This document shows, in pieces, positions 40,379 to 50,080 of a stretch of 64,000 nucleotides of DNA. Below the pieces are notes generated by a model. It was not told the DNA's origin. It saw only the letters and a list, made by a program, of their open reading frames with translations, and made no database searches. This DNA is from Opitutales bacterium (GTDB lineage: Bacteria; Verrucomicrobiota; Verrucomicrobiia; Opitutales; PNEW01), in NCBI GenBank assembly GCA_963692525.1, contig OY829953.1:2628720-2692719 (forward strand), read 5' to 3'. Within the stretch, counting starts at the first letter, position 1; each line of letters begins with the position of its first letter. Both the position numbers and the translations under genes were made by a program.

Positions 40379-41545
40379 TTAAATTTTTGCCGCGTTCAAA
40401 GCTTCTTCGAGGTCGGAGACAAGGTCACTTGAGTCTTCGATCCCAGCTGATATGCGGACGATTCCGGGAGACAATCCCGCTTCTATTCGAGCGGTTTCAT
40501 CCATCGCCGCATGACTCATTGACCACGGCTGTTCAATAAGGGATTCAACTCCACCCAGGCTTACAGAGAGATGGAAATAGTTTAAATGCTTAAAAAAGAG
40601 TGCGATGTCTACTTTATCCAGGTCCAATTCAAATGACAGAATTCCTCCAAAGCCTTTCTGTTGCTTTTTTGCTAATTCATGTTGCGGATGGCTCTTCAAG
40701 CCGGGATAGAAGACTTTTTTAATGTGCTCAGACCCCAGGAGAGATTCTGTAATCGCGGCGGCATTACGCAAGTGGCATTCCATGCGTGGGCCGAGTGTTT
40801 TGATTCCCCTTAATGCAAGCCACGCATCAAAGGGTGGTGCGCCAGTACCCAATGCGTTGACGAGAAAAAAGACTTTTTCGCTCATTTCCTTTTCGCGTGT
40901 TACAATTGCTCCCCCCAGCATATCCGAATGTCCATTCATGTACTTTGTTGTCGAATGAATGACGAGATCGACTCCAAAATCTATAGGGCACTGAAGGAGG
41001 GGAGTCATAAAAGTGTTATCGAGAATGGTAAGCAAATGATGCTTCTTCGCGATTTCGACTACCGTTTCAATATTGACGATGTTGAGGAGTGGGTTAGTCG
41101 GTGTTTCGAAATAGATTAGGCGTGTGTCAGGGCGCACTGCGGCGCTGATATTTTCGCTCCTCGTCATATCAATCAAACTGAAATCCAATTTGAATTTGGA
41201 TAGCACTTGCGTAAAGAGGCGAAAAGTCCCGCCGTAAAGTTCATGTCCGCAAATGATGTGGTCGCCTTCCTTCAAGAGCATAAGCGCGGTAAGAATAGCG
41301 GACATCCCGGTATTGGTGGTGAATGCTGCATGGCCGCCTTCTAATTGAGCGATGCTTTCATTTAGAGCCTGACGCGTTGGGTTTCCGGTGCGCGTGTAGT
41401 CATAAGGCGGAGGCTCATCCACCGAATTGAAATAATAAGTAGAGCTGGTATAAATGGGGGTAGTAACCGAATTATACTGATCGTCTTTATATACCCCGGT
41501 ATGAACCGCATGGGTCTGCGGGTGGACATCTTTTGATCGCGCCAT
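40379..41545 (-). CDS. Cys/Met-metabolism PLP-dependent enzyme (cystathionine gamma-synthase/beta-lyase or O-acetylhomoserine sulfhydrylase family)
   Basis: 388 aa with HSTTKYMNGHSD (the PLP lysine motif). Confidence 0.85.
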   Translation of the reverse strand: MARSKDVHPQTHAVHTGVYKDDQYNSVTTPIYTSSTYYFNSVDEPPPYDYTRTGNPTRQALNESIAQLEGGHAAFTTNTGMSAILTALMLLKEGDHIICGHELYGGTFRLFTQVLSKFKLDFSLIDMTRSENISAAVRPDTRLIYFETPTNPLLNIVNIETVVEIAKKHHLLTILDNTFMTPLLQCPIDFGVDLVIHSTTKYMNGHSDMLGGAIVTREKEMSEKVFFLVNALGTGAPPFDAWLALRGIKTLGPRMECHLRNAAAITESLLGSEHIKKVFYPGLKSHPQHELAKKQQKGFGGILSFELDLDKVDIALFFKHLNYFHLSVSLGGVESLIEQPWSMSHAAMDETARIEAGLSPGIVRISAGIEDSSDLVSDLEEALNAAKI

Positions 41546-41566
41546 CTTTAAGTGAGAGAGGGGAAA

Positions 41567-42172
41567 TTATTGATTGTCTATATTGGGCAATGACGCCGCC
41601 ATATGATCAACATCCACTACCCCTTCCAGTAGTTCGCCAATCGGATCCCAGGTTCCCGCAATAAGACTTTCCCTCGCACCTTCCTTGATCGTGCAGTCAA
41701 ATTGTTCATCCCCAATGCTTATTTTGAGATTTCCCATATCGATTGTGATGATTGTTTCGGGATCTCTCTTCACAGCAGCACTCAGTTTTTGAATAACCTC
41801 AGTATTCACCGTTAGACAGGGCATTCCCAATTGGGTGGAATTGCCAAAAAATATCTCAGCAAAACCTTCCGTGATGACTGCGCGAAAACCAGCTCGGTAT
41901 AAGGCTTGAGGTGCATGTTCGCGCGAGCTTCCACACCCGAAATTTTTTCCACTAATGAGGATACACGCTTCGCTGTAAATGGGATCATTCAGTACATGAT
42001 CTTTCTCCGAGCCGTCCTCTTTATGACGTAGATCGTAAAATAAATAGTCACCGAGCCCGTCAAAAGTTATACACTTCATATAGCGAGCGGGTATTATGCG
42101 GTCGGTGTCGATATCATCACCCGCGAGATAAACACCTTTGCCAATAATCTTTGTGATTTTATCCAATGCCAT
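41567..42172 (-). CDS. leuD: 3-isopropylmalate dehydratase small subunit
   Basis: 201 aa. GKNFGCGSSREHAP, immediately downstream of leuC. Confidence 0.9.
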   Translation of the reverse strand: MALDKITKIIGKGVYLAGDDIDTDRIIPARYMKCITFDGLGDYLFYDLRHKEDGSEKDHVLNDPIYSEACILISGKNFGCGSSREHAPQALYRAGFRAVITEGFAEIFFGNSTQLGMPCLTVNTEVIQKLSAAVKRDPETIITIDMGNLKISIGDEQFDCTIKEGARESLIAGTWDPIGELLEGVVDVDHMAASLPNIDNQ

Positions 42173-42195
42173 ATCAATACATAGAAAATGTTAAA

Positions 42196-43620
42196 CTAGA
42201 CTCCAGAAGGTTCCAGTACGCCAAAGACCTCTCGAGCATCACTGATCTCACCGGTTACGGCTGCTGCCGCAACCATCAGCGGGCTCATTAAAATAGTTCT
42301 GCCAGTGGGACTCCCCTGGCGGCCTTTGAAATTACGGTTGCTGGAACTCGCGCATAACTGGTCGCCAACCAGTTTGTCAGGGTTCATTGCAAGACACATG
42401 GAACATCCGGCTCCCCGCCATTCGAATCCTGCTTTCGTAAAAATGTCGTCCAGCCCCATTTCTTCCGCGAGTTTAGCGACAATTTGCGATCCCGGGACGA
42501 CAAGCGCCTTAACGTTGGGAGCGACATGATGCCCTTCAATATATTTGGCCGCCTCTTTCAAATCAATGATCCGTGCATTGGTGCACGAACCGATAAAAGC
42601 GACATCGATTTTTGTGCCTTTAATCGGCGAGTCAGGTGCGAACTTCATGTGTTCGAGTGCTTCTAAAACGCTGTCTCTCTCATCGGATGGCACTTGATCG
42701 GGATCGGGTATATTTTCATCAATAAAAATTGCCTGGCCCGGATTAATGCCCCAGGTAACGGTGGGTGCTATTTCTTTCGCGCGGATAGTGACTACATCAT
42801 CATAATCACAGTCCTCATCAGAGGCGAATGACTTCCAGTTTTCAACTGCTTCATCCCAAGCCGAGCCTTTCGGTGCGTAAGGTCGTCCCTTGAGGTATTC
42901 GTAAGTCGTTGCATCCGGGTTAACATAACCCGCACGCGCTCCACCCTCAATCGACATATTACATACCGTCATACGCTCTTCCATCGAGAAGCGATCCAAT
43001 ACTTCACCGCCGTATTCATAGGCAAAACCGGTTCCGCCATTTACTCCCAAGACACGGATAATGTGTAAGATAACATCTTTAGCATAAACCCCGGGGGCGA
43101 GCTCACCCTCTATATTAATACGGCGCACCTTGAGTTTGTTCAGAGCCATCGTCTGGGTGGCGAGGATGTCGCGAATTTGCGAAGTGCCGATGCCAAAGGC
43201 AATAGTGCCAAAGGCTCCATGGGTTGAAGTGTGAGAGTCCCCACAGGCAATCGTAGTTCCCGGTTGGGTTATACCCTGTTCCGGTCCGACAATATGCAAG
43301 ATTCCCTGTTTTCCTGAATCGGTATCAAAAAAAGTAATGCCGGTATCTTTACAGTTTTTACGCATCGCGTTAATCATCGCGTCAGCCAATGCATCAGAAT
43401 AGGGTTCTTTATTCTCATCCGTGGGCACAATATGATCGACCGTGGCAAAAGTGCGTTCGGGATAACGGATTTTTAAGCCCAATTCATTCAGCATGCCGAA
43501 AGCTTGAGGGCTTGTTACCTCGTGGACGAGATGGGTGCCAATAAACAGTTGTGTCTGCCCGTTCGACAGTTCGCGAACGGTGTGGGCCTCCCATACTTTT
43601 TTGAATAAATTCTTTCCCAT
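42196..43620 (-). CDS. leuC: 3-isopropylmalate dehydratase large subunit
   Basis: 474 aa, aconitase-family, with Fe-S ligands in CGDSHT and GSCTNARI...GCSMC. Confidence 0.9.
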   Translation of the reverse strand: MGKNLFKKVWEAHTVRELSNGQTQLFIGTHLVHEVTSPQAFGMLNELGLKIRYPERTFATVDHIVPTDENKEPYSDALADAMINAMRKNCKDTGITFFDTDSGKQGILHIVGPEQGITQPGTTIACGDSHTSTHGAFGTIAFGIGTSQIRDILATQTMALNKLKVRRINIEGELAPGVYAKDVILHIIRVLGVNGGTGFAYEYGGEVLDRFSMEERMTVCNMSIEGGARAGYVNPDATTYEYLKGRPYAPKGSAWDEAVENWKSFASDEDCDYDDVVTIRAKEIAPTVTWGINPGQAIFIDENIPDPDQVPSDERDSVLEALEHMKFAPDSPIKGTKIDVAFIGSCTNARIIDLKEAAKYIEGHHVAPNVKALVVPGSQIVAKLAEEMGLDDIFTKAGFEWRGAGCSMCLAMNPDKLVGDQLCASSSNRNFKGRQGSPTGRTILMSPLMVAAAAVTGEISDAREVFGVLEPSGV

Positions 43621-43723
43621 AATGCTTTCTCAATCGTAAAATTGAATCAGTTAACTTAATAGTATACACCCATCGCGCAACTACAAAGGCTTAGTTTAGG
43701 ATATCATTCACCTATTTCTTCAC

Positions 43724-45043
43724 TTAAGTTTCAGTTTCAGCTAAGAATTTTTTTATACGACACAAAACTTTCTCTTTGCCTAATACTTGCAGCATGGCGT
43801 AAAAGCCTGGTCCGACATTAGTTCCCGACACTGCCAACCGGGTGGGGTGGATATATTCACCGCTACTTACATTCTGCGTCACAGTCAGACTTCCTACCGT
43901 TTTTTCCAGGATTTCCTCTGAAAAATCATCTAAGGTTTCAATGCTAGATAAAATCTCATTTAAGCGAGCAAGGGGATCTCCTTTCTTGAATATTTTTTGT
44001 TTCGCTTTCTCGTTTATCGAATATTCATCGGTGAAAAAGTATGCGCAGTATCCGGGTAATTCTTCAATTGAACGCACTTTTTCACGACAGATTCTCAAAA
44101 CGTCCTGAAGGAAATCTTCATCCACGTCTTCAGGAATGATCTTAGATTCATTCAAAACAGGGCGGCATAACCAGCTAAAGGTTTCGAGGGGAAGCGCACG
44201 CAGATAATCTGTATTGATGAATGAAAGTTTTTTCTCATCGAAACGCGCGTTGTTTTTATTTATCCCTGTGAGGTCAAAAAGTTGAATGATCTCATCGATT
44301 GGTAGAATCTCACGGTCGTCTTTAGGAGACCACCCGAGTAGACAGAGATAATTGCGCACCGCATCAGCGAGGAAATAACGCCGTTCGTATTCTTCAATAA
44401 GGGATCCTTGATCGCGTTTGCTCATTTTTCCCGGCCCCTGCTGTTTAAGCAATAGCGGTATGTGAGCATACTGTGGCAACTCGGCTCTAAATGCTTTTAT
44501 CAGCTCGGTGTGTTTGCTCGTATTCGACAGGTGATCTTCACCTCGAATCACATGGGTAATACCCATCGTGATATCATCCACCACATTGACAAAGTGAAAT
44601 ACAGGTGAGCCATCGGAACGGAAAATAACAAAATCCTTTTCTTCAGTTCTTTCAACACGTCCACGCACCGCGTCTTCGATTACTTGGGGTTCCCCGGTAA
44701 TCTTAAAGTAAATAGCGCCATCCTTTTCATAGGCGCGGTCAATCTTTTGAAGCTGCTCAAGATGGCTGCGATAAATTTCTGTGCGTTCACTCTGGTAATA
44801 GGGTCCATTGTCTCCACCGACTTCCGGTCCTTCATCCCAGTTGAGCCCTAACCATTTCATGCCCTGAAAAAGGATCTGCTTTGCTTCCTCCGTATTGCGC
44901 TCCTTGTCCGTATCTTCGATCCGTAAGATAAATACACCTTCCGCGTGGCGCGCATATAACCAGTTGAATAGCGCGGTACGTGCGCTTCCTATATGGAAAA
45001 ACCCAGTCGGACTGGGAGCAAACCTGACTCTCACTTGTGACAT
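43724..45043 (-). CDS. gltX: Glutamate--tRNA ligase
   Basis: True start taken at ATG 45043 ([23 protein letters not shown]; HIGH-type motif; KMSKR present). The 125 extra N-terminal residues in the track ORF translate intergenic repeat modules. Confidence 0.85.
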   Translation of the reverse strand: MSQVRVRFAPSPTGFFHIGSARTALFNWLYARHAEGVFILRIEDTDKERNTEEAKQILFQGMKWLGLNWDEGPEVGGDNGPYYQSERTEIYRSHLEQLQKIDRAYEKDGAIYFKITGEPQVIEDAVRGRVERTEEKDFVIFRSDGSPVFHFVNVVDDITMGITHVIRGEDHLSNTSKHTELIKAFRAELPQYAHIPLLLKQQGPGKMSKRDQGSLIEEYERRYFLADAVRNYLCLLGWSPKDDREILPIDEIIQLFDLTGINKNNARFDEKKLSFINTDYLRALPLETFSWLCRPVLNESKIIPEDVDEDFLQDVLRICREKVRSIEELPGYCAYFFTDEYSINEKAKQKIFKKGDPLARLNEILSSIETLDDFSEEILEKTVGSLTVTQNVSSGEYIHPTRLAVSGTNVGPGFYAMLQVLGKEKVLCRIKKFLAETET

Positions 45044-45583
45044 GATGTATATATCACTAAGTAATAATAAGTATGATAAGCAATAATCTTCGTCCTCGCC
45101 TGCCACGGTGTAGTCACGCCACTGCGGGATGAAGACGGGTTTGCCCCTGCGGCCACGACGGAGCGTGGCCCTCCATTTATTTATGGCAATATCAAGGTGG
45201 AGCCAGCTGGCAGGTAGGGAAAATAATAAACCGCGGATGGTCGCGGATATACGCAGATAATATATAAGGAGAGTGTATATGAATTTGGAACTCAGGAACG
45301 CCGGAAAAGATTGTTGGCCACTACCGAGGTCCGCAGTTGTGGGACGACATCTCTCAAAGGCACAGAAGGCACAAGAGACACTCCCAAAGAACAGCGAGAT
45401 ATTCCAAAAAGATAACAAGAAGGACTTTTACAGGAAGAGCGGGAAGAACGGGAAGAACGGGGAGACTGAACCGCGGATAACGCGGATGAACGCCGATAAA
45501 ATGTATGGTAAAGATTGTAGGTCACCAGCCGTCGCCAAGGCTATAGCCGCCAGGCAAGAAATACATGAAAAAAGGCTAAGCTC

Positions 45584-45754
45584 AGGTGAAACACGGTGCA
45601 TGATCACAATAGTCCCGCCACCGAGGGACGCCGGATGTTCCCTACCGCTTTTTTTAAATTTTGATTTATAAAAACGCGTCAGGGAATAGCCGTTGTCAAT
45701 CCCACCCGCATCTGCGGATGGGATGACATTGCGATCATGCACCGTGTTTCACCT
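45584..45754. repeat. Long-hairpin element, family H1, copy 1 (171 nt, perfect 22-bp terminal inverted repeats)
   Basis: AGGTGAAACACGGTGCATGATC ... GATCATGCACCGTGTTTCACCT. Internally it has CAATAG + a local hairpin, an AT-rich imperfect palindrome (GCTTTTTTTAAATTTTGATTTATAAAAACGC) and a second local hairpin (TCAATCCCA...TGGGATGA). Confidence 0.85.
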
Positions 45755-45814
45755 GATTTATCTTTACGATCTTCCTGTTAATAATCTCTCTTGTGCCTCT
45801 TGTGCTTTTTGTGG

Positions 45815-46606
45815 CTATCTCTTCTTCAATCCGCAATCCGCAATCGAAACTTCCATTTTCTTCTCACAGAAGTCGGCCAGGTCTTGGGGAAATGGCGCTT
45901 CGAATTTAAGCTCAATCTCGGGATCCTCAATGATCACTTGAGCGGCGTGAAGTGCCTGGCGATAATGGGGGAGATTTTGCTCCAGCCGTTCTGTCCACCC
46001 CTTTTCAATAAATTCGAGATAGAGCGTATCATCAGGACCATAAATCTTATCACCAACGATGGTGTGGTTCATCCATTGAGCGTGAACGCGGATCTGGTGC
46101 TTGCGGCCCGTTGTCGGGATTATTTTAGCCAGGGTATAGCCACGTTCAGTGACAAGGGGAATAAATGTCGTCACTGCTTTTTGCGAAGTGCGTGAACGAC
46201 GCACCGTCTGTTTGACATAAACTTTACTCGCCCCGTCGCGTGCCAGCTGCTTATTGACCGTTTGAGATTCTGTCATTTCACCGTCGAGAATGGCGTAATA
46301 TGTTTTTATAACTCTTCGTTGCTCAAAAGCCATCTGGCATCGGCGAGCCCAGGCTTTATTTTTTGCGAGGATGATCACACCGCTGGTTTCACGATCCAGA
46401 CGGCTCACTAAATGCAATGTTTCAAGGCCGGTATATTCACGGCATGCGCCTACCAAGCTGGATAAGGGTCCCTGTTTCGATGGGTGACAGACAATCCAAC
46501 CCGGTTTGTCGATGACAAGAAGATGTTCATCTTCGAATATGATCCATTTTTTTAAATCTGATAAATTGATTAAAGGAGGATCGGCAGCGAAATATTCCAA
46601 AGGCAT
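45815..46606 (-). CDS. RluA-family pseudouridine synthase
   Basis: 263 aa with HLVSRLDRETSGVIILAK (the catalytic Asp motif). The last approx 8 codons run into the CGGATTG heptamer array. Confidence 0.85.
   Translation of the reverse strand: MPLEYFAADPPLINLSDLKKWIIFEDEHLLVIDKPGWIVCHPSKQGPLSSLVGACREYTGLETLHLVSRLDRETSGVIILAKNKAWARRCQMAFEQRRVIKTYYAILDGEMTESQTVNKQLARDGASKVYVKQTVRRSRTSQKAVTTFIPLVTERGYTLAKIIPTTGRKHQIRVHAQWMNHTIVGDKIYGPDDTLYLEFIEKGWTERLEQNLPHYRQALHAAQVIIEDPEIELKFEAPFPQDLADFCEKKMEVSIADCGLKKR
45827..45847. repeat. Heptamer array 3 x CAATCCG/CAATCGA at the 3' end of the RluA-family gene
   Basis: Read directly. On the sense strand it reads CGATTG-CGGATTG-CGGATTG. Confidence 0.9.
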
Positions 46607-46639
46607 GGATGGTATAGTCAGGGTTAATAAGGGTGGGGC

Positions 46640-47470
46640 CTACTTATCTTTTTTGAATTGTTCCAGACGCGCTAGACGCAAGCCAATCGCTGCTATTTTT
46701 GTCACTATTAACTTCGGCAATTTTGATGAAAAGAATACAAGTAGTCGATTGTGCCAGCCTGAAACAGTCAGCGATTTACCTTTAGCTAAGGCACAGAGCG
46801 CAGTTTCGACAACTTCTTCAGATGTTTGCCCCGGATAAGTGCTCATCGGTGATTCCGTGAAGCCGGCCCGCGTAAAAAAATTCGTTTCAGTGGGGCCTGG
46901 GCATAAGACTAAGGTGCTTACGCCAGTCCCTTTTAAATCTTCATTCAAAGCGAGGCTCCAGTGCATGAGAAATGCTTTTGTTGCCGCGTATGTTGACATG
47001 AAAGGAAGGGGTTGAAACGCAGCGGTAGAGGCGACATTCAGAATTACCCCACCTCTTTCGGTAAGCAGCGGCAATAATTGTCCAGTTAAGTATACAGGGG
47101 CACAAACGTTGACCGCCAGCATGTTCATCTGGGTTTCACTATCCGGTTCGGGAAATTGTCCGTAAGTGCCGAAGCCACTATTATTAATGAGCAGAATCTC
47201 TCCATCGCCTCCTTTTTCCGTGAGAATTTCTATTAATTGTGTGCATTGTGAATTTAATTCTTCAGCGATGCTGAAATCGCAGGGGAAATGGATAATTTCA
47301 CAATTATCGCCAATAATCTCAGGTTTAGATCGAGAAAGATTGCAATATAAGACGTTGTCATTTAGGCTATTTATAGCTTTGAAGAAAGACTCACCAATGC
47401 CCGAAGACCCCCCGGTTATGACGACAGCCGAAAATTGGTTGAGGACAGTTTTTATTGATTTCTTACTCAC
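46640..47470 (-). CDS. Short-chain dehydrogenase/reductase (SDR)
   Basis: 276 aa with VITGGSSGIG (TGxxxGxG), NNSG, and Y..TK (YAATKAF). Confidence 0.85.
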   Translation of the reverse strand: MSKKSIKTVLNQFSAVVITGGSSGIGESFFKAINSLNDNVLYCNLSRSKPEIIGDNCEIIHFPCDFSIAEELNSQCTQLIEILTEKGGDGEILLINNSGFGTYGQFPEPDSETQMNMLAVNVCAPVYLTGQLLPLLTERGGVILNVASTAAFQPLPFMSTYAATKAFLMHWSLALNEDLKGTGVSTLVLCPGPTETNFFTRAGFTESPMSTYPGQTSEEVVETALCALAKGKSLTVSGWHNRLLVFFSSKLPKLIVTKIAAIGLRLARLEQFKKDK

Positions 47471-47533
47471 ACTGTTAATGGGCGGTTATAGACTGTATCT
47501 CATTAAATCTGAACGCTAAAGAAAGGAATATCC

Positions 47534-47908
47534 ATGAAAAATAACGACCATGAATTGATAGTATCAGGTGTTCATTTGGAACTGACTCAAGCACTGAAAG
47601 ATATCGTGCGGGAGAAAATTGAAAAGCTTTTCCGTCATGAAGAGCGAATTTTGAGAGTCCGTGTTGAGCTGGAATTCAATTCCACGGTAACAAAACAAAA
47701 TCAGTTTATTGCTAAAGGACACATTGAGATTTATGGTAAACCCATGGTCGTTTCTGAGGCTTCGGATGATATTTATAAGTCAATTGATCTAGTAGTGACT
47801 AAACTGGATCGCATGCTGCGTCGGCGCTCGCGCTTGAAAAAAGTGAAACGCAAGCATCCGCATGAGATTGATATTCCATCGGAAATCCCGAAAACCCAGT
47901 CAGCTTAA
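47534..47908 (+). CDS. hpf: Ribosome hibernation promoting factor / RaiA family
   Basis: 124 aa with a short-HPF pattern (VSGVHLELTQALKD.V..K..KL......I....V.L). Confidence 0.8.
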   Translation: MKNNDHELIVSGVHLELTQALKDIVREKIEKLFRHEERILRVRVELEFNSTVTKQNQFIAKGHIEIYGKPMVVSEASDDIYKSIDLVVTKLDRMLRRRSRLKKVKRKHPHEIDIPSEIPKTQSA

Positions 47909-47931
47909 TCTTTAAATAAATAAATTAAATA

Positions 47932-47964
47932 AGCCCGGGAGATTATCCTCCCGGGCTTTTTATT
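47932..47964 (+). terminator. Rho-independent terminator of hpf
   Basis: AGCCCGGGAG-ATTATC-CTCCCGGGCT followed by TTTTATTT: a 10-bp GC-rich stem plus a U-tract, 24 nt after the stop. Confidence 0.8.
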
Positions 47965-48096
47965 TGTGAGAGTTGCCGAATGAACATTAAATAGATTATG
48001 AAGAATGTGCTTTAACTTTTTCACGACGCTTACAAAATAGGAAATTCAGCATCTGAATTAATTTCAGCAAAATATTAATTAATAACCCCTTCACTC

Positions 48097-48468
48097 ATGG
48101 CTAAAAATTCAATTGTTTTTGGAATAATTATTATCGTTGTTAGTATCTCATTTTATATCGGCACATACATGGCCAGTATGACTGCTTTGATCCCCGGAAT
48201 TATGGGGGTCGTAATGGTCATTTGCGGTTTGCTCGCACGCAAAGAAAATATTAGTAAACACCTGATGCACGTATCAGCGGTCATTGCCTTAATCGGATTT
48301 CTCGCTACAGCAGAAGGTATTTTAAGGTTGATTGGGATGCTGGACGGTCAAGAAATCGAGCGCTCAATCGCATTTATTGAAATGGCGATCAGTTCTGTTA
48401 TTTTTCTCATCTATGTTATCCTCTCCTTTCAATCCTTCCGCGAAGCGCGGAGAGTGAATAGTGAATAG
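48097..48468 (+). CDS. Integral membrane protein (4 TM), unknown function
   Basis: 123 aa with four hydrophobic helices. The stop codon lies inside the GTGAATA heptamer array. Confidence 0.6.
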   Translation: MAKNSIVFGIIIIVVSISFYIGTYMASMTALIPGIMGVVMVICGLLARKENISKHLMHVSAVIALIGFLATAEGILRLIGMLDGQEIERSIAFIEMAISSVIFLIYVILSFQSFREARRVNSE

Positions 48469-48488
48469 TGAATAATGAATAGTGAACA
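48454..48488 (+). repeat. Tandem heptamer array: 3 x GTGAATA, ATGAATA, GTGAACA
   Basis: Read directly. It ends GTGAACAGAT, as the 26726-26788 array does. Confidence 0.9.
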
Positions 48489-48533
48489 GATTAGCTTCGT
48501 CTTCGTCCTCTACAATTATTCATAAGAATATTT

Positions 48534-48610
48534 AGGTGGAGCGGGCTGTCCCTAGCACGCTTCTTCCATTACGACACAATCAAACGCGCTAGTGACAGCG
48601 CGTTCCACCT
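48534..48610. repeat. Hairpin element, family H2 (AGGTGGAGCGGGCTG...GCGTTCCACCT), 77 nt
   Basis: Outer arms AGGTGGAGCG / CGCGTTCCACCT, inner arms GCTGTCCCTAGCACGC / GCGCTAGTGACAGC. This gives a nested imperfect palindrome. Confidence 0.8.
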
Positions 48611-48946
48611 TTCTTACCTTTAATTTATTTATGCTCTTATTGTAGCTATTTCAACAGGGATGAAAACGAACCGATCGGCAAACTCACGGGAGGCAAGGCA
48701 GACCCGTCTTCGCAGAAGCCTACGACGTGGCAAGCGAAGACGAAGAGGCCTGGGTTGACGAAGATACTAAATTTCATCCAGCCCCGTAGGGGCGACAGTG
48801 GAATAGCCCACAGCGCGAGCTGTGGGTTAGGAGATAAAATAAAATTCGGAGCCCCAGCGGGGCGACACAAACTGATCCAAGTGCATTAATATCCATCTTC
48901 TACTTGAAATTCGTGGGCACTTTCTACTAAATGGCCACTTTATGGA

Positions 48947-49023
48947 GCGCCGCTAGCTCAATTGGATAGAGCACCTGATTACGGATCAGGAGGTTGTGGG
49001 TTCGAGTCCCCCGCGGCGTACCA
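48947..49023 (+). tRNA. tRNA-Arg (anticodon ACG), CCA encoded
   Basis: GCGCCGC-TA-GCTC-AATTGGATA-GAGC-A-CCTGA-TTACGGA-TCAGG-AGGTT-GTGGG-TTCGAGT-CCCCC-GCGGCGT-A-CCA. There is one T-stem mismatch and a G1-U72 wobble. Confidence 0.88.
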
Positions 49024-49067
49024 TGGATATTAATTACTTATAAAAATTAACGTCGAGGAATAGCGCT

Positions 49068-49952
49068 ATGGCAATGGTAGAAATAACCCACCTTGAACCC
49101 CTCGTGGATAGGACAGATCTACTCAATCAACCGGAGGAATTGAGACGGATAGGGGAGGAAAATGGATGCTTGTTTTTCGCCGGGTTGCTTTCCCCGAGCA
49201 AAGTCAATAATGTCAGGGCACAGATCCTTTCAGTTTGTGACAAGCACGGGTGGGTAAAGGAAGGAACAGATTACACGGAAGGTATAGCCAATCCGGAGGT
49301 AATTGTCGTTGAAGGTAGGGATCCAAGGTGGATGGCTTTATACAATGATATACTGAAGATTCGCGATTTTCATGATCTGGCCCTGGACGAAAACTTGAAC
49401 CATGCGTTTGAAGTCCTGTTTGGTGAGTCGGTTCTACCTCACAGTCGGAATATTTGCCGCCTTGTTTTTCCCAACTCGGCCTTATACTCGACACCCCCTC
49501 ATCAGGACAATTTCTATATCGGAGGATCTAAGGAAACGTGGACGGCGTGGGTTCCCTGCGGTGATTGTCCGGAAACACTTGGCAGTCTGGCTGTTGCCAA
49601 AGGATCACATCGGCAAGGTTTGTTAGAAGCCCATAAAGCTGAGGGTCCTGGAGAGCATCAGGTGGACGTGGAAAAGGATCAAGTCTGGGTAGGTGGAGAC
49701 TATGCCTGTGGGGATGTGATCATTTTGCACAGCCTGACGATTCATCAAGGAAGGGATAACCTGAGTCAGGATAAATTGCGTCTGTCGTGTGACTTTCGCT
49801 ATCAACCGAAAAGCCATCCCGTCCGAGAAGATTCGCTTGAACCTCATATGAATTGGATCACGTGGGAAGAGATCTATCAGGATTGGGACCCGACTGATCC
49901 AGTGAAGAATTATTGGAAGAATATGGATCTACAGATTGTTGAAAAATCGTAG
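49068..49952 (+). CDS. Phytanoyl-CoA dioxygenase (PhyH) family oxygenase (second copy)
   Basis: 294 aa with PPHQDNFY (His-x-Asp) and a distal H in LTIHQG. Confidence 0.75.
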   Translation: MAMVEITHLEPLVDRTDLLNQPEELRRIGEENGCLFFAGLLSPSKVNNVRAQILSVCDKHGWVKEGTDYTEGIANPEVIVVEGRDPRWMALYNDILKIRDFHDLALDENLNHAFEVLFGESVLPHSRNICRLVFPNSALYSTPPHQDNFYIGGSKETWTAWVPCGDCPETLGSLAVAKGSHRQGLLEAHKAEGPGEHQVDVEKDQVWVGGDYACGDVIILHSLTIHQGRDNLSQDKLRLSCDFRYQPKSHPVREDSLEPHMNWITWEEIYQDWDPTDPVKNYWKNMDLQIVEKS

Positions 49953-50080
49953 GCGAGGGTTCGGCGTCCTCGCATAGGGCCGCAATAAAATTGGGTGGGA
50001 TAAAACCAAGGATTATGCAAAATGAGCCAGTAAATTGTCTCAGGTGAATTGAGTACGCGGCCTCAGCAGTCGATTGATGA

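Noticed and set aside
39363-43620. leuC-leuD-PLP enzyme-exbB-exbD as a functional system
   Set aside because: The genes are tightly packed and co-directional, but the functions are unrelated by established knowledge and no TonB or receptor gene is adjacent. This is probably just compact gene order.
43724-45418. The 564-aa version of the gltX ORF, with a 125-aa N-terminal extension
   Set aside because: The extension (…[12 protein letters not shown]…[21 protein letters not shown]…) is a read-through of intergenic repeat modules. The canonical GltX N-terminus, [14 protein letters not shown], begins at ATG 45043.
45273-46195. Track ORFs 45273-45671 (+), 45292-45525 (-), 45428-45742 (-), 45693-45941 (+) and 45791-46195 (+)
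   Set aside because: All lie in or start from the repeat mosaic or the H1 hairpin element, or are antisense to the RluA-family gene. Their peptides are low-complexity translations of repeated words, so there is no coding evidence.
48646-48870. 74-aa ORF (MCRPAGAPNFILSPNPQLALWAIPLSPLRGW...)
   Set aside because: It is made entirely of short hairpin modules (CCCACAGCGCGAGCTGTGGG, GCCCCGTAGGGGCGAC, CCCAGCGGGGCGAC). It resembles spurious repeat-derived hypothetical proteins and has no start context.
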